The notes beneath the pieces are model-generated. The model did not search any database. It saw nothing but the letters and a program-made list of their open reading frames with translations, and was not told the origin of the DNA. DNA of 62,047 nucleotides from Pseudomonadales bacterium (GTDB lineage: Bacteria > Pseudomonadota > Gammaproteobacteria > Pseudomonadales > JBFGWM01): assembly GCA_041682035.1 (NCBI GenBank), contig JBFKKR010000004.1, forward strand, positions 1 through 62,047. Reading direction: 5' to 3'. Shown piece by piece: positions 10,212 through 19,919 of the stretch (position 1 is the first letter of the stretch; every line of letters starts with the position of its first letter). Both the position numbers and the translations under genes were made by a program.

Positions 10212-13200
10212 TTGGAGAAGACGTTCAATCCGTTCAGGGACGTAATGCTTTTCGGGGCGAAGTTCCGGCTGCCGGTCGCGATCGTGGTTCTCTGTTTCTC
10301 GGTCTTCGCCTTCTTCGGCCTGGACCAGCTGCAGATCGACACCAGCCTCGACAGCCTGATCCAGAACGACGATCCGCAGGCGCGCATCTACGAGCAGGTG
10401 GTGAAGGAGTTCGGCTCCGACGACACCACCCTGGTCTACGTCCGCGACGAGAACCTCTGGTCGACGGAGAAGCTCAAGGCGCTGGAGGAACTGCACTACA
10501 GCTTCGCGGATCTCGACTACATCCGGCGCGTCGAGAGCCTGTTCACCGTCAGCTCGGTGCGCGCCTCGGACGACTACGTCGAGGCCGGTCCGCTGCTGCC
10601 CTACGTGCCGGAATCGGCGGAGGAGCTGGCCTGGGTGCGTGAGAGCGCCCTCTACAGCCCGCTGATCCGGGGCAATTTCATCTCCGCCGACGGCCATTCC
10701 ACGGTCATCAGCGTGACCCTGGACAAGAACCCGGACGACCCGAAGTTCGACTACCGCGTGTACAAGGACTTCGAGCGCATCCTGGCGGAGCAGGGGGGGG
10801 CGTTCCAGCAGGTCTTCCAGATCGGTTCACCGCGCGTCCGCACGGAACTGCAGGAGTCGCTGTTCCGTGACCTCGGCCTGATCGGGCCGATTTCCGCGGG
10901 TGTCCTGATCGCCTGTATCGTCGTCTTCCTGCGCAACGGGTTCGCAGCGCTCCTGCCCCTGTTCACGTCGGGGCTGAGCATCCTCTGGTGCTTCGGCCTG
11001 ATGGGCTGGCTCGGCGTGCCGCTCAACATCCTGAGCGCGATGCTGCCCTCGCTGATCATCGTCATGGGGTCCACCGAGGATACCCATATCCTCTCCAGTT
11101 ACCTCCAGGGGCTCGAGCAGGAGGGCAGGGTCAGCGAGGCGGAGCGCGCGCGCGTGCGCTTCAAGCTCACGCTGTCCACCATGAAGCATCTCGGTGCGCC
11201 GCTGGTGCTGACCACGCTGACGACGGTCATCGGCCTGGGCACCAACATGATCTCGGATGTCGGGCTGATCCGCGATTTCGGCATCGCCGCGACGCTGGGC
11301 ATGGCGCTCAATGGCCTGATCACGCTGCTCTGCGTACCGATGATCCTGGCCACCATCGGCCCGGCGCGCTTCTCCGAGAGCCGCCGTCCGATCTTCTCCG
11401 GCGTCGCGCGCGTGGTGCTGAACTTTTTCAACTACCTGCGCGAGAGCTACGGCACCCTGGTGCTGCTCGTGACCCTGCTGTTCGGCATCGCGCTGGCGTA
11501 TGCCGCCTCGCAGATGCACGTCAGCAACGACCCGCTCGCCTATTTCAAGCCGCAGCACGCCCTGATCCAGGACGCCGAGACCGTGCACGAGGAACTGTCC
11601 GGCATGCAGGTGTTCTATATACACGTCGAGGCGCCGGACGACGATGCGTTCCGCAAGCCGAAGCACCTGCGCAAGCTGCTGGAGATCGAGAACCTGATGC
11701 TGCGGCGCGGCGCTTTCGACCGCTTCATCTCCATCGCCGATTTCGTCGCGCTGGTCAACCAGGAGTGGAGCCAGTCGGAGCGCAAGCAGTACCGCATCCC
11801 GGATGACGAGGGCCTGATCGCCCAGTACCTGCTCTTCTTCCACCAGAACGACATCTCCCGTTACCTGAGCCACGACGGCCGTCGCGCCAACATCGTGGTG
11901 CGCCACAACATCCGCAGCTCGCATCGCCTGAACGAGGAACTGCGGGAACTGCGCCGGGAGGTGCAGCGCATTCTCGGCGACAGCGCGAAATTCGAGTTCG
12001 TCGGCAAGAACCTGATGGTGAACGCCACTGCCGAGCGGCTGATGAGCGCCCAGTTGCAGTCGCTGGTGCTGCTGCTGGCGGTGATCTTCGTGATGATGTC
12101 GTTGCTGTTCACGTCCTGGCGGGGCGGCGTCATCGCGATGATTCCCAACCTGCTGCCGATCATCTTCACGTTCGGTCTCATGGCCCTGTTCGGCGTGCCG
12201 CTCAATCCGGGGACGGCGACGGTCGCGGTGATCGCGATCGGCGTCGCCATCGACGACACGATCCACCTGCTGACCCGCTACAACGAGGAGGTGCGCAAGA
12301 CCCGGCAGCCGGATCACGCCATCCGCACCACGCTGGAGGCCGAGGCGGTGCCGGTGATCTCCACCAGCGTGTCGCTGTTCCTCGGTTTCAGCTGCCTGCT
12401 CGCCTCGGAGTTCTCCATCATCGCGCAGTTCGGCGCGCTGTCGGCGGCGAGCATGTTCTTCGCGCTGGTGGCGGACCTGCTGATCACGCCGATCCTGATG
12501 TCGCGCATCCGGCTGGTCAGCCTGTGGGATATCCTCGCGTTGCGGCTCGATCCGGCGGTCATCCGCAACAGCGAGCTGTTCACCGGCATGAGCGCCTACC
12601 AGGTGCGCAAGGCCATCCTGCTCTCGGAGGTGCGCAACTTCGAGCCCGGCCAGGTCATCATCCGCCAGGGCGCCATCGAGTCGGAGATGTTCATGCTGCT
12701 GGAGGGTACCGTCGAGATCTTCCTGCGCAAGAAGGACCGCGACATCCACCTGGCGGACGTGGCGCCCGGCGCGATCCTCGGCGAGGTCGGGTTCGTCAAG
12801 CCGATCCAGCGCACGGCCGAGGTGCGCGCCAAGACCCGCGTGCAGATGCTGGTGTTCGAGGCCAACCGGGTACGGGTCGGCATGCGTTTCTACCCGCGCA
12901 TCGCGGCCAAGCTCAACCTCAACATCAGCGCGGTGCTCGGTTCGCGCCTGGCGGAGAACATCCAGCGGGTGCGCGAGTACTCCGACGACCGCCGGCGCAG
13001 TCCGCGCTTCAGCCTGTCACGGCCGGTCACCGCCACGCTGGCAGACGGCAGGAAGGTCATGGGCAGCGTGCGCAACCTGTCCGTGGACGGCGGCTCGCTG
13101 TTCCTGACCGGCGAGACCCGCCTCGAACCCGGTGCCCTGCTGGAATTCGAACTGGGGGATCTCGGCGCGCTCGGCGCGCGGGTGATCCGGCACGATAACA

Positions 13201-13292
13201 GCGAGGTCGTGGTACGGTTCACGGCCGATGACGAGCGCAAGAAAGACCTGCTGACCTGGATTCGCGCGATCGCCTCCGAGGACCTCTCCTGA
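10212..13292 (+). CDS. MMPL/RND-family transporter fused to C-terminal cNMP-binding and PilZ domains
   Basis: Two MMPL repeats (FGSDD, GVAIDDTIH, about 12 TM); cNMP cassette GEVGFVKPIQRTA; PilZ RRRSPR and NLSVDG. TTG start with AAGGAA RBS. Confidence 0.88.
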   Translation: MEKTFNPFRDVMLFGAKFRLPVAIVVLCFSVFAFFGLDQLQIDTSLDSLIQNDDPQARIYEQVVKEFGSDDTTLVYVRDENLWSTEKLKALEELHYSFADLDYIRRVESLFTVSSVRASDDYVEAGPLLPYVPESAEELAWVRESALYSPLIRGNFISADGHSTVISVTLDKNPDDPKFDYRVYKDFERILAEQGGAFQQVFQIGSPRVRTELQESLFRDLGLIGPISAGVLIACIVVFLRNGFAALLPLFTSGLSILWCFGLMGWLGVPLNILSAMLPSLIIVMGSTEDTHILSSYLQGLEQEGRVSEAERARVRFKLTLSTMKHLGAPLVLTTLTTVIGLGTNMISDVGLIRDFGIAATLGMALNGLITLLCVPMILATIGPARFSESRRPIFSGVARVVLNFFNYLRESYGTLVLLVTLLFGIALAYAASQMHVSNDPLAYFKPQHALIQDAETVHEELSGMQVFYIHVEAPDDDAFRKPKHLRKLLEIENLMLRRGAFDRFISIADFVALVNQEWSQSERKQYRIPDDEGLIAQYLLFFHQNDISRYLSHDGRRANIVVRHNIRSSHRLNEELRELRREVQRILGDSAKFEFVGKNLMVNATAERLMSAQLQSLVLLLAVIFVMMSLLFTSWRGGVIAMIPNLLPIIFTFGLMALFGVPLNPGTATVAVIAIGVAIDDTIHLLTRYNEEVRKTRQPDHAIRTTLEAEAVPVISTSVSLFLGFSCLLASEFSIIAQFGALSAASMFFALVADLLITPILMSRIRLVSLWDILALRLDPAVIRNSELFTGMSAYQVRKAILLSEVRNFEPGQVIIRQGAIESEMFMLLEGTVEIFLRKKDRDIHLADVAPGAILGEVGFVKPIQRTAEVRAKTRVQMLVFEANRVRVGMRFYPRIAAKLNLNISAVLGSRLAENIQRVREYSDDRRRSPRFSLSRPVTATLADGRKVMGSVRNLSVDGGSLFLTGETRLEPGALLEFELGDLGALGARVIRHDNSEVVVRFTADDERKKDLLTWIRAIASEDLS

Positions 13293-13305
13293 CCCACCGG
13301 TGCCC

Positions 13306-14496
13306 ATGGAAACCTGGCAGCTGTTCGTCATCCCCGTCATCGCCTCCGGTATCGGCTGGTTCACCAACTGGCTGGCCGTGTGGATGACGTTCTACCCGCT
13401 GCGCTTCGTGGGCATCGGGCCCTATCTCGGCTGGCAGGGCATCCTGCCGAGCAAATCCGAGAAGATGGCGCGCATCGTGTCCCGGCGGGCGCTCGGCAAG
13501 CTGGGCACCATGCACGAGTACCTGGGCAAGCTCGACCAGGAAACCATCGTCAAGCTCACCGCGATGTCCAGCCGTGGCGAGGTGCACGACGCCGTGGACC
13601 AGGTGATGCGCGACGGCGGCGTGGCCGGCTGGAGCAATTTGCCGGAAGAGATGCGGATGGTCGTCTACTCGCGGGTACAGTCGCGGCTCACCGACGCGGC
13701 CCGGCGCTTCCTCAACTACGTCAACGAGAACGTGGAGCGGCTGCTGAGCCTGGAGGAGCTTTCGGTGGACTGCGTGCGCCGCGATCACACGCTGGTGAAC
13801 CGTATCTTCAAGAGCGCGGGCGACGTGGAATTCCGCTTCATCGTCCGGTCCGGACTGTGGATCGGCGCCCTGCTGGGGAGCGTGCTGTCAGTGATCTGGG
13901 CGGTCTACCCGGCGCCGTGGGTCCTGCCGGCCGGCGGGTTCGTCATCGGTTACCTCACCAACTGGATTGCGCTCAATATCATCTTCCGGCCACTGGAACC
14001 CCGGCAGGTGGGGCCGGTCCGGCTGCAGGGGATCTTCCTGCGCCGACAGGAGGCCGTGGCGGCGGCCTGGGCCCGCATGGCGACCCGCGAAGTGCTGACG
14101 CTGCCGAATATCCTGCGCATCCTGCTCGAGCACCCCGACCACCAGGCCGCCCGCGAGGAGATCCGCGGCGAGATGCGACGATACATCCGCGCGACACTCA
14201 ACGAGGACCGCGCGGTGCTGGAGGCATACCTGCAGATAAGGGACCTGGAGCGAGCGGCCGACATGTCGGCGGACATATCGATCGAGGTATTGCGGCGCGT
14301 CGTGCAGGATCCGCAGCTGAGCGGTGTCAGCGGCAAGGAGATCGAGAAACTGATCCGCGACCGGATGTGCGCGATGTCGCCGGCGGAATTCCAGGACGTG
14401 CTGCGCCCCGCGTTCCAGGAAGAGGAGATCAAGCTCATCGTGCTGGGCGCGATGCTCGGCATGCTGGCCGGATTCGCGCAACTCGCCGTGTTCTGA
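13306..14496 (+). CDS. DUF445-family membrane-anchored protein
   Basis: IGWFTNWLAVWMTFYP, GWQGILP, GYLTNWIAL.IIFRP and C-terminal LRPAFQEEE. Alternative GTG start at 13300. Confidence 0.85.
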   Translation: METWQLFVIPVIASGIGWFTNWLAVWMTFYPLRFVGIGPYLGWQGILPSKSEKMARIVSRRALGKLGTMHEYLGKLDQETIVKLTAMSSRGEVHDAVDQVMRDGGVAGWSNLPEEMRMVVYSRVQSRLTDAARRFLNYVNENVERLLSLEELSVDCVRRDHTLVNRIFKSAGDVEFRFIVRSGLWIGALLGSVLSVIWAVYPAPWVLPAGGFVIGYLTNWIALNIIFRPLEPRQVGPVRLQGIFLRRQEAVAAAWARMATREVLTLPNILRILLEHPDHQAAREEIRGEMRRYIRATLNEDRAVLEAYLQIRDLERAADMSADISIEVLRRVVQDPQLSGVSGKEIEKLIRDRMCAMSPAEFQDVLRPAFQEEEIKLIVLGAMLGMLAGFAQLAVF

Positions 14497-14506
14497 AGAA
14501 TTTCCT

Positions 14507-14578
14507 GTAGGTCAGACTTCAGTCTGACAGGGTCCGGGGATGTAAGGCTGAAGCCTGTAGGTCAGGCTTCAGTCTGAC
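14507..14578 (+). repeat. GTAG-type REP cluster (two full REPs plus a truncated inverted copy)
   Basis: GTAG-GTCAGACT-TC-AGTCTGAC at 14507-14528 and GTAG-GTCAGGCT-TC-AGTCTGAC at 14557-14578, separated by TGTAAGGCTGAAGCCT; lies between convergent genes. Confidence 0.8.
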
Positions 14579-14591
14579 AGGACTCGAGCCA

Positions 14592-15377
14592 TCAAACCGC
14601 GAAATAGGCCGCCAGTGCTTCGGTGGAACCCTGCCTTTCGGCGATTGCACGTGCGCGCTTGCGGTACTCGGGATTCACCGTGTCGGTGAGCTTCGCCATC
14701 CGTTGCTGGCCGGCTGCGGGCATCTCCGCCGTGACCAGCCCGACTTCGACGATGAAGTCTTCGGACGTGAACGCCGCCTCGATCAGTTTCTTCAGCAGTT
14801 CATCGTCGAACTTCATCGTCAGTTCCGCGATGCGATCCTTGCGCTGGCAGAACGAGGATACGCGCAGGTTGTCGGCGACGTCGGTGATCTCGTGCATCAG
14901 CGCCGCGACTTTCTCCTGTGGCATGTGGTCCGTGAAACCACCCATGATGTGATAGTCCCTGGATGCGAGCAGGGTGCGCGTGGTGCCACGCATCAGGTCC
15001 ACCGGAATCTTTTCCAGCAGTTCCCTGGCCCGGTCGGGTATCTGTTCCCGGACCACCTCGGCCATGAATTCGTCATCGAAGTGACTGATCATCTTGGCGG
15101 CTTTTTCCGCCGGCGTGTAATACGCCATGTTGGCGGTGATCGTGGGGCCGAAGATCCGCTTGCAAAGCATGGCCGACAGGGCGTCGGGCGCGATCTTGCC
15201 GCCGGCCGCCATCTTCGCGAACGTGGCACCGTGATCCTCGAGCAGCCGGTTCTGGAACGCCTGCCGGATCTCCTGCAGTTCCACGCCGTCGAGGGCGTCC
15301 AGGTAGGACAGTTCGCCGGGTTCGCGATGCAACAGCTTTGCCAGTCGCCGGATCTCGGTGGAACGGTCGATACTCAC
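14592..15377 (-). CDS. Hypothetical helical protein
   Basis: Clean 261-aa ORF tightly coupled to the upstream small ORF; no motif recognised. Confidence 0.75.
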   Translation of the reverse strand: MSIDRSTEIRRLAKLLHREPGELSYLDALDGVELQEIRQAFQNRLLEDHGATFAKMAAGGKIAPDALSAMLCKRIFGPTITANMAYYTPAEKAAKMISHFDDEFMAEVVREQIPDRARELLEKIPVDLMRGTTRTLLASRDYHIMGGFTDHMPQEKVAALMHEITDVADNLRVSSFCQRKDRIAELTMKFDDELLKKLIEAAFTSEDFIVEVGLVTAEMPAAGQQRMAKLTDTVNPEYRKRARAIAERQGSTEALAAYFAV

Positions 15378-15379
15378 GG

Positions 15380-15595
15380 TTACATCCCGAAGATTTTCTT
15401 GATCGGGCCACGCAGGAGGCGCGGAAAGTGGTTCAGCGCCTCCTGCATGCTGTCCTCGATGTGCCGGTGATGGGCGCCATTGGCTTCCTCGAGGTGCGCG
15501 GCGAGCTGCTTCGCTGCCGCATCATCGAGCTTGTCGAGACAGGGCAGGGCGCCGTCGTCGACGCCCAGGGCCCTGCGTACCGCATCGAGGCTCAT
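15380..15595 (-). CDS. Small hypothetical protein resembling the N-terminus of the downstream gene
   Basis: 71 aa, 11 bp after the mdh stop and 2 bp before the next gene; ends FPRLLRGPIKKIFGM. Confidence 0.7.
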   Translation of the reverse strand: MSLDAVRRALGVDDGALPCLDKLDDAAAKQLAAHLEEANGAHHRHIEDSMQEALNHFPRLLRGPIKKIFGM

Positions 15596-15606
15596 GCCTG
15601 CGGGCC

Positions 15607-16587
15607 TCAGCCGAGCAGGTGCTCGACGGCAGCGCGTTCCTCGCGCAGTTCCTTCTCGGTGGCGTCCATTTTCTCACGGGAGAATTCGTCGATCTCCAGT
15701 CCCTGCACGATCTCGTAGTCACCGCCCTTGCAGGTGCACGGATAGCTGTACATGACGCCTTCCTCGATGCCGTAGCTGCCGTCGGAGGGAACCGCCATGG
15801 AGACCCAGTCACCCGCGCCGGTGCCCTGCACCCAGGTGCGGATGTGGTCCATCGCGGCGCTGCCGGCGCTCGCCGCGCTGGATGCGCCGCGCGCCTTGAT
15901 GATCGCGGCGCCGCGCTGCTGCACGTCCGGGATGAAGGTGTCGCGGTACCAGCCCTGGTCGACCAGGCCGGGGGCTTCCTTCCCGTTCACGGTGCAGAAA
16001 CGGATGTCGGGATACTGGGTGGCGCTGTGGTTGCCCCAGATGATCATTTTCTTGATGTCGTTGACGTGGGCGCCGGTCTTTTCGGCGAGCTGGCTCATGG
16101 CCCGGTTGTGGTCGAGCCGCGTCATGGCGTGGAACTGGCGCGGGGACAGGTCCGGCGCGTTGCAGGAGGCGATCAGCGCGTTGGTGTTGGCCGGGTTGCC
16201 CACCACCAGCACTTTCACGTCGCGCGAGGCGTTGTCATTGATGGCCTTGCCCTGCACCGAGAAGATCTCGGCGTTGGCGGTGAGCAGATCCTTGCGTTCC
16301 ATGCCCGGGCCGCGCGGGCGCGCGCCCACCAGCAGGCAGATGTCGGCGTCCTTGAAGGCGACATTGGGGTCGTCGGTGGCGACCACGCCCTGCACCAGCG
16401 GGAAGGCACAGTCGTTCACTTCCATGACCACGCCCTTCAATGCATCCATGGCCGGCGGAATCTCCAGCAGCTGCAGGATGACCGGCTGGTCGGGGCCGAG
16501 CATCTCGCCGGCGGCGACACGGAAAACGAGTGAGTAGCTGATCTGGCCGGCTGCACCGGTGATGGCAACGCGCACAGGCTGGGTCAT
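15607..16587 (-). CDS. mdh: Malate dehydrogenase
   Basis: [49 protein letters not shown]. Confidence 0.97.
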   Translation of the reverse strand: MTQPVRVAITGAAGQISYSLVFRVAAGEMLGPDQPVILQLLEIPPAMDALKGVVMEVNDCAFPLVQGVVATDDPNVAFKDADICLLVGARPRGPGMERKDLLTANAEIFSVQGKAINDNASRDVKVLVVGNPANTNALIASCNAPDLSPRQFHAMTRLDHNRAMSQLAEKTGAHVNDIKKMIIWGNHSATQYPDIRFCTVNGKEAPGLVDQGWYRDTFIPDVQQRGAAIIKARGASSAASAGSAAMDHIRTWVQGTGAGDWVSMAVPSDGSYGIEEGVMYSYPCTCKGGDYEIVQGLEIDEFSREKMDATEKELREERAAVEHLLG

Positions 16588-16664
16588 GGGAATACCTCGT
16601 CAACAGGTGATTGTGGGTCCAAGGTGGGTAAGTATATAGAGCAAAACCGGATTGTGCCGAATGT

Positions 16665-17609
16665 ATGAGAAAGCCAGACGGAACCCTCCAAGTGCCGCCA
16701 CTGCAGGGGCTGGCGCGGCTGGGCGCCCTGAATCCGCGCCGCGCCATCGCGCGGGTCATCATCGACCTGACCACCATTCCCGGCCGGGCGGGAGTGGATT
16801 ACGGCGCCCCGGCCGGTGACCCCGGGCTGTTCGGTCCGGACTCGCGGGTCTGGCTGGTGCACGAGGATTTTCCGTCCATGCTCTGTGGCGGGGTGGCCTC
16901 GCTGCTGCTGCAGGCCATGCATCCGCGGGCCCTCGCCGGGGTCTGGGATCATTCCAATTTCCGCGAGGACCTGCTCGGCCGCCTGCGCCGGACCACCCAT
17001 TTCGTCGCGGCCACCACGTACGCGCCGGAAGCCGACGCATTGCGCATGATCGAGCGGGTCCGGGGCATTCACCGCGGCGTCACCGGCGTGGCGCCGGACG
17101 GGCGGCCGTACGCGGCTGACGATCCCGACCTGCTGGCCTGGGTGCACACCGCCGAGGTGTACAGCTTCCTGCGCGCCTACCGGCGTTTCCGCAACCCCGC
17201 CTTCAGCGCGGCCGACCAGGACCGTTACTACCACGAAGTCAGCCGCATCGCGCTGGAACTCGGCGCCACCGCGGTGCCCCGGTCGCGGGCGGAGGTGCGG
17301 GACTACTTCCGGGACCTGCAGCCGGAACTGGAGTGGGGTGACCGGCAGCGCGAGATCCTGCGCATCCTGCTGGACGCGCCTGCGCCGCGCCGCGGGCTGG
17401 AACCGGCGGTGCGCCTGTTCATCCATGCCGGTATGGACCTGCTGCCCGGCTGGGCGCAGCAACGCATCGGGGTGGGGGGGCTGAAACGCCGCAGCGAGCC
17501 CCTGCGGCGACTCCTGCTGCATGCCTCGGCCGCGCCGCTGCGCTGGGGCCTGCGCGGCACGCTGGCAGACTTCGCCCGCAAGCGCGTCGCCGCCGGTTCA
17601 GGCCAGTGA
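16665..17609 (+). CDS. Oxygenase MpaB / DUF2236 family protein
   Basis: GLFGPDS..W.VH, LLLQAMHP..LAGVWDHS, RLRRT, Y.A.DPDLLAWVH. Exact start uncertain. Confidence 0.88.
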   Translation: MRKPDGTLQVPPLQGLARLGALNPRRAIARVIIDLTTIPGRAGVDYGAPAGDPGLFGPDSRVWLVHEDFPSMLCGGVASLLLQAMHPRALAGVWDHSNFREDLLGRLRRTTHFVAATTYAPEADALRMIERVRGIHRGVTGVAPDGRPYAADDPDLLAWVHTAEVYSFLRAYRRFRNPAFSAADQDRYYHEVSRIALELGATAVPRSRAEVRDYFRDLQPELEWGDRQREILRILLDAPAPRRGLEPAVRLFIHAGMDLLPGWAQQRIGVGGLKRRSEPLRRLLLHASAAPLRWGLRGTLADFARKRVAAGSGQ

Positions 17610-18788
17610 GGTCACCAGCGCCCAGGCTGCGATACCGACCAGCGCGCCGGCGATGCCGCCGGCAACGATCAGCAGGGATTCCTCCTCCTCGATACCCGGC
17701 CGCAGCAGATCCTGGAACTCATCGGCGGAAAGCTCCAGCAGGCGGTCGAGAAAATTCTGTTCCACCGCCACCATGCGTTCATGGTTGAAGACGGGGTCGT
17801 CGAACGTCACCCGCGTGTTTTCCGCCATGCGCTGCACCAGCAGGTCGTCGAGTAAATCGAACTCGGCCGGCGAGATGAACGCCTCGATCATGTCGCGCCG
17901 GCATTCCAGGGCGTTGTGCACCACCGGCCGCAAGGCCGCACGCACCAGCTGGCGTACTTCCTCCTCGTGCTCGCCGCTCATGATGGCGTCCATGACATTC
18001 TGGATACTGATCATGTCGCGCGCGAAGATCCGGCAGCCGACCAGCGCCGCCTCCTCCTGCCGGCTGGCGAATAGCGCCTGGATGCGGAGCGGCCCGACCT
18101 GGACCGGTTGCGCGGGATGGAACAGGAAGAACACCGCCAGCCCGTTGATCAGCACGCCGCCGATGAAGCCGGCCACCGGCAGCAGCCAGGGCGAGGGCCA
18201 GAACTGCCAGGCGCCGGCCAGCAGCAGGCCCAGTCCGGCGCCGAAATACAGGCCGGCATTGATGACGAAGCGGACTTCCTTGTCGCCGATCTGGCTGATC
18301 ATCGCAACCAGCTTGTCCGGCTGCTCGATCAGCAGCCGGCGGGTCAGCAGGTCGAGGTTGGCATAACGACCGATGTTGCCGGTGACACGGAACACGAAAC
18401 CCTGGACGGCGCGGGGCAGTTCCTTCTGCATGCGCACGATGATGTCGCGTTTGCAGGACTCATCCAGTGCGTCCCAAAGCTGCGGTTTGCACTCCAGCAC
18501 GGTGTCCTCCACCAGTTCGGCGAGGCGTGGCCGCACGCTGTGGGCGACATGCTCGGCGATGCGCCGTGGTCCCATCACCTGGATCACCTCCTCGACGCTG
18601 GCCAGTCGCGTCGTGAGGCTGTGCGCGATGCGCGTGCTCACCGATTCCACGTTGCGCGGGATCACCCCCTGCCAGCCCAGGAAGGGCGGGTAGCCGACCG
18701 GCTCGATGGGATACCGTGCCAGCCAGAGGAGCAGCCAGTTCGCGCCCCACAGGCCGAGTGCGAAGGTGATCGGGATGAGCCAGCTCAT
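17598..18788 (-). CDS. DUF445-family protein (paralog of 13306-14496)
   Basis: LGWQGVIP and FQDLLRPGIEEEE; same layout as the other DUF445 gene. Confidence 0.8.
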   Translation of the reverse strand: MSWLIPITFALGLWGANWLLLWLARYPIEPVGYPPFLGWQGVIPRNVESVSTRIAHSLTTRLASVEEVIQVMGPRRIAEHVAHSVRPRLAELVEDTVLECKPQLWDALDESCKRDIIVRMQKELPRAVQGFVFRVTGNIGRYANLDLLTRRLLIEQPDKLVAMISQIGDKEVRFVINAGLYFGAGLGLLLAGAWQFWPSPWLLPVAGFIGGVLINGLAVFFLFHPAQPVQVGPLRIQALFASRQEEAALVGCRIFARDMISIQNVMDAIMSGEHEEEVRQLVRAALRPVVHNALECRRDMIEAFISPAEFDLLDDLLVQRMAENTRVTFDDPVFNHERMVAVEQNFLDRLLELSADEFQDLLRPGIEEEESLLIVAGGIAGALVGIAAWALVTSLA

Positions 18789-19906
18789 GCGCTCTTGGGG
18801 ACTTCAGGGCACTGTGCGTGCACGACGGATTCGACCTGCGCGCGGGTCGGCATGAACTCGCGGCGCACCGTCATGATCAGGCCACGGCCGTGGATCACCT
18901 CGTCGTGGGGTGGATTGGGGATGATGCGCCGCTCCGCGTCGACGTAGGCGAGCGCGGTGCCATAGCCCTCGTGCATCAGCGCGGACACGATCTGCTCCCA
19001 GGTGCACCCCTCGATGTGCAGGTTGTATCTTCGCGTCAGGCTGCCCCGGTGGGTGAGCAGGTCCTCCAGCACGGTCTCCACGCCGGGCGCGTCCATGGCG
19101 CGCACGGTCATCTCCGGGTAGGCGCGGATCGGCCGGATGATGGTGTGCGCGCCGTAGCGCTTGAAGCGCGCGCGGCTGCTGTCGTCCACCGCCTCCACCA
19201 GGATGCGGGCGCCGGTGTAGAGCTCGCGCATGCGGTGCAGGATGTCGAAGTTGAGGCTGTCCGAGCGGATGTCGTTCTCGTCGTCGGCCAGCAGCAGCAC
19301 GTGCCGGGCCTGGGTGATGTTCACCGCCTTCAGGTTCTCGATCTCGTGCGGCGAACCGGTGTAGTGGGTGGCGCCGAGATCACGCACCGCCTGTGGCAGC
19401 CCGTCCGGGAAGCGGCTGGTCAGTACCTGCACCGGCGTGGTCTCGTACTGCGGGTCGCCGCGGATTTCCAGCAGCAGCCGTTCCAGCACCATTTCGGCGC
19501 CGATCCGCGGCGTGTTGATGATGAGGATGTGATCGCGCATCTGCCACCTCCAGTGACCGGTAACCATCTTGTTGTGGCGCATCATGCGCGCCTCGAAATT
19601 GAGACTGGCGAGCCGCGCCAGCATGAAGATGCCGGCGAAGTAGAGCAGCAGGATGGTCAGCACCTTGCCGGCGGTGGTCGAAGGCGACAGGTCGCCGTAA
19701 CCGACCGTGGTGATCGTGGTCGCCGTCAGCCAGAAGGCGTCCATTGGCGGCAGTTCCTCCAGCACCGACATCGCCGTGACGTGCAGCAGGATCAGCAGCA
19801 GCAGGCTGAACGCGACGTTGCGGATCTGCCGGCGCAGGCTGTCGGTGTTCAGCGAATAGGCCGAGCGCCGCCAGGATTTGAACCAGTCCAGCAGCAGGGT
19901 GATCAT
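18785..19906 (-). CDS. Potassium channel protein (2-TM pore plus RCK/TrkA-N domain)
   Basis: TITTVGYGD selectivity filter followed by an RCK-like domain. Confidence 0.9.
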   Translation of the reverse strand: MITLLLDWFKSWRRSAYSLNTDSLRRQIRNVAFSLLLLILLHVTAMSVLEELPPMDAFWLTATTITTVGYGDLSPSTTAGKVLTILLLYFAGIFMLARLASLNFEARMMRHNKMVTGHWRWQMRDHILIINTPRIGAEMVLERLLLEIRGDPQYETTPVQVLTSRFPDGLPQAVRDLGATHYTGSPHEIENLKAVNITQARHVLLLADDENDIRSDSLNFDILHRMRELYTGARILVEAVDDSSRARFKRYGAHTIIRPIRAYPEMTVRAMDAPGVETVLEDLLTHRGSLTRRYNLHIEGCTWEQIVSALMHEGYGTALAYVDAERRIIPNPPHDEVIHGRGLIMTVRREFMPTRAQVESVVHAQCPEVPKSA

Positions 19907-19919
19907 CGGTCCGCTTCGC

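Noticed and set aside
10793-10800. G8 homopolymer in the MMPL gene as a phase-variation tract
   Set aside because: Short, in frame and unremarkable in a high-GC genome.
14507-14578. Short repeats as a mini CRISPR array
   Set aside because: Only two palindromic units, the intervening sequence contains a partial repeat, no cas genes are present, and it fits GTAG REPs.
16665-17609. DUF2236 protein as a latex clearing protein (Lcp) partner of the rox gene
   Set aside because: Lcp shares DUF2236, but this protein has no clear Tat/Sec signal, looks like the common cytoplasmic subfamily and lies about 37 kb from the rox locus.
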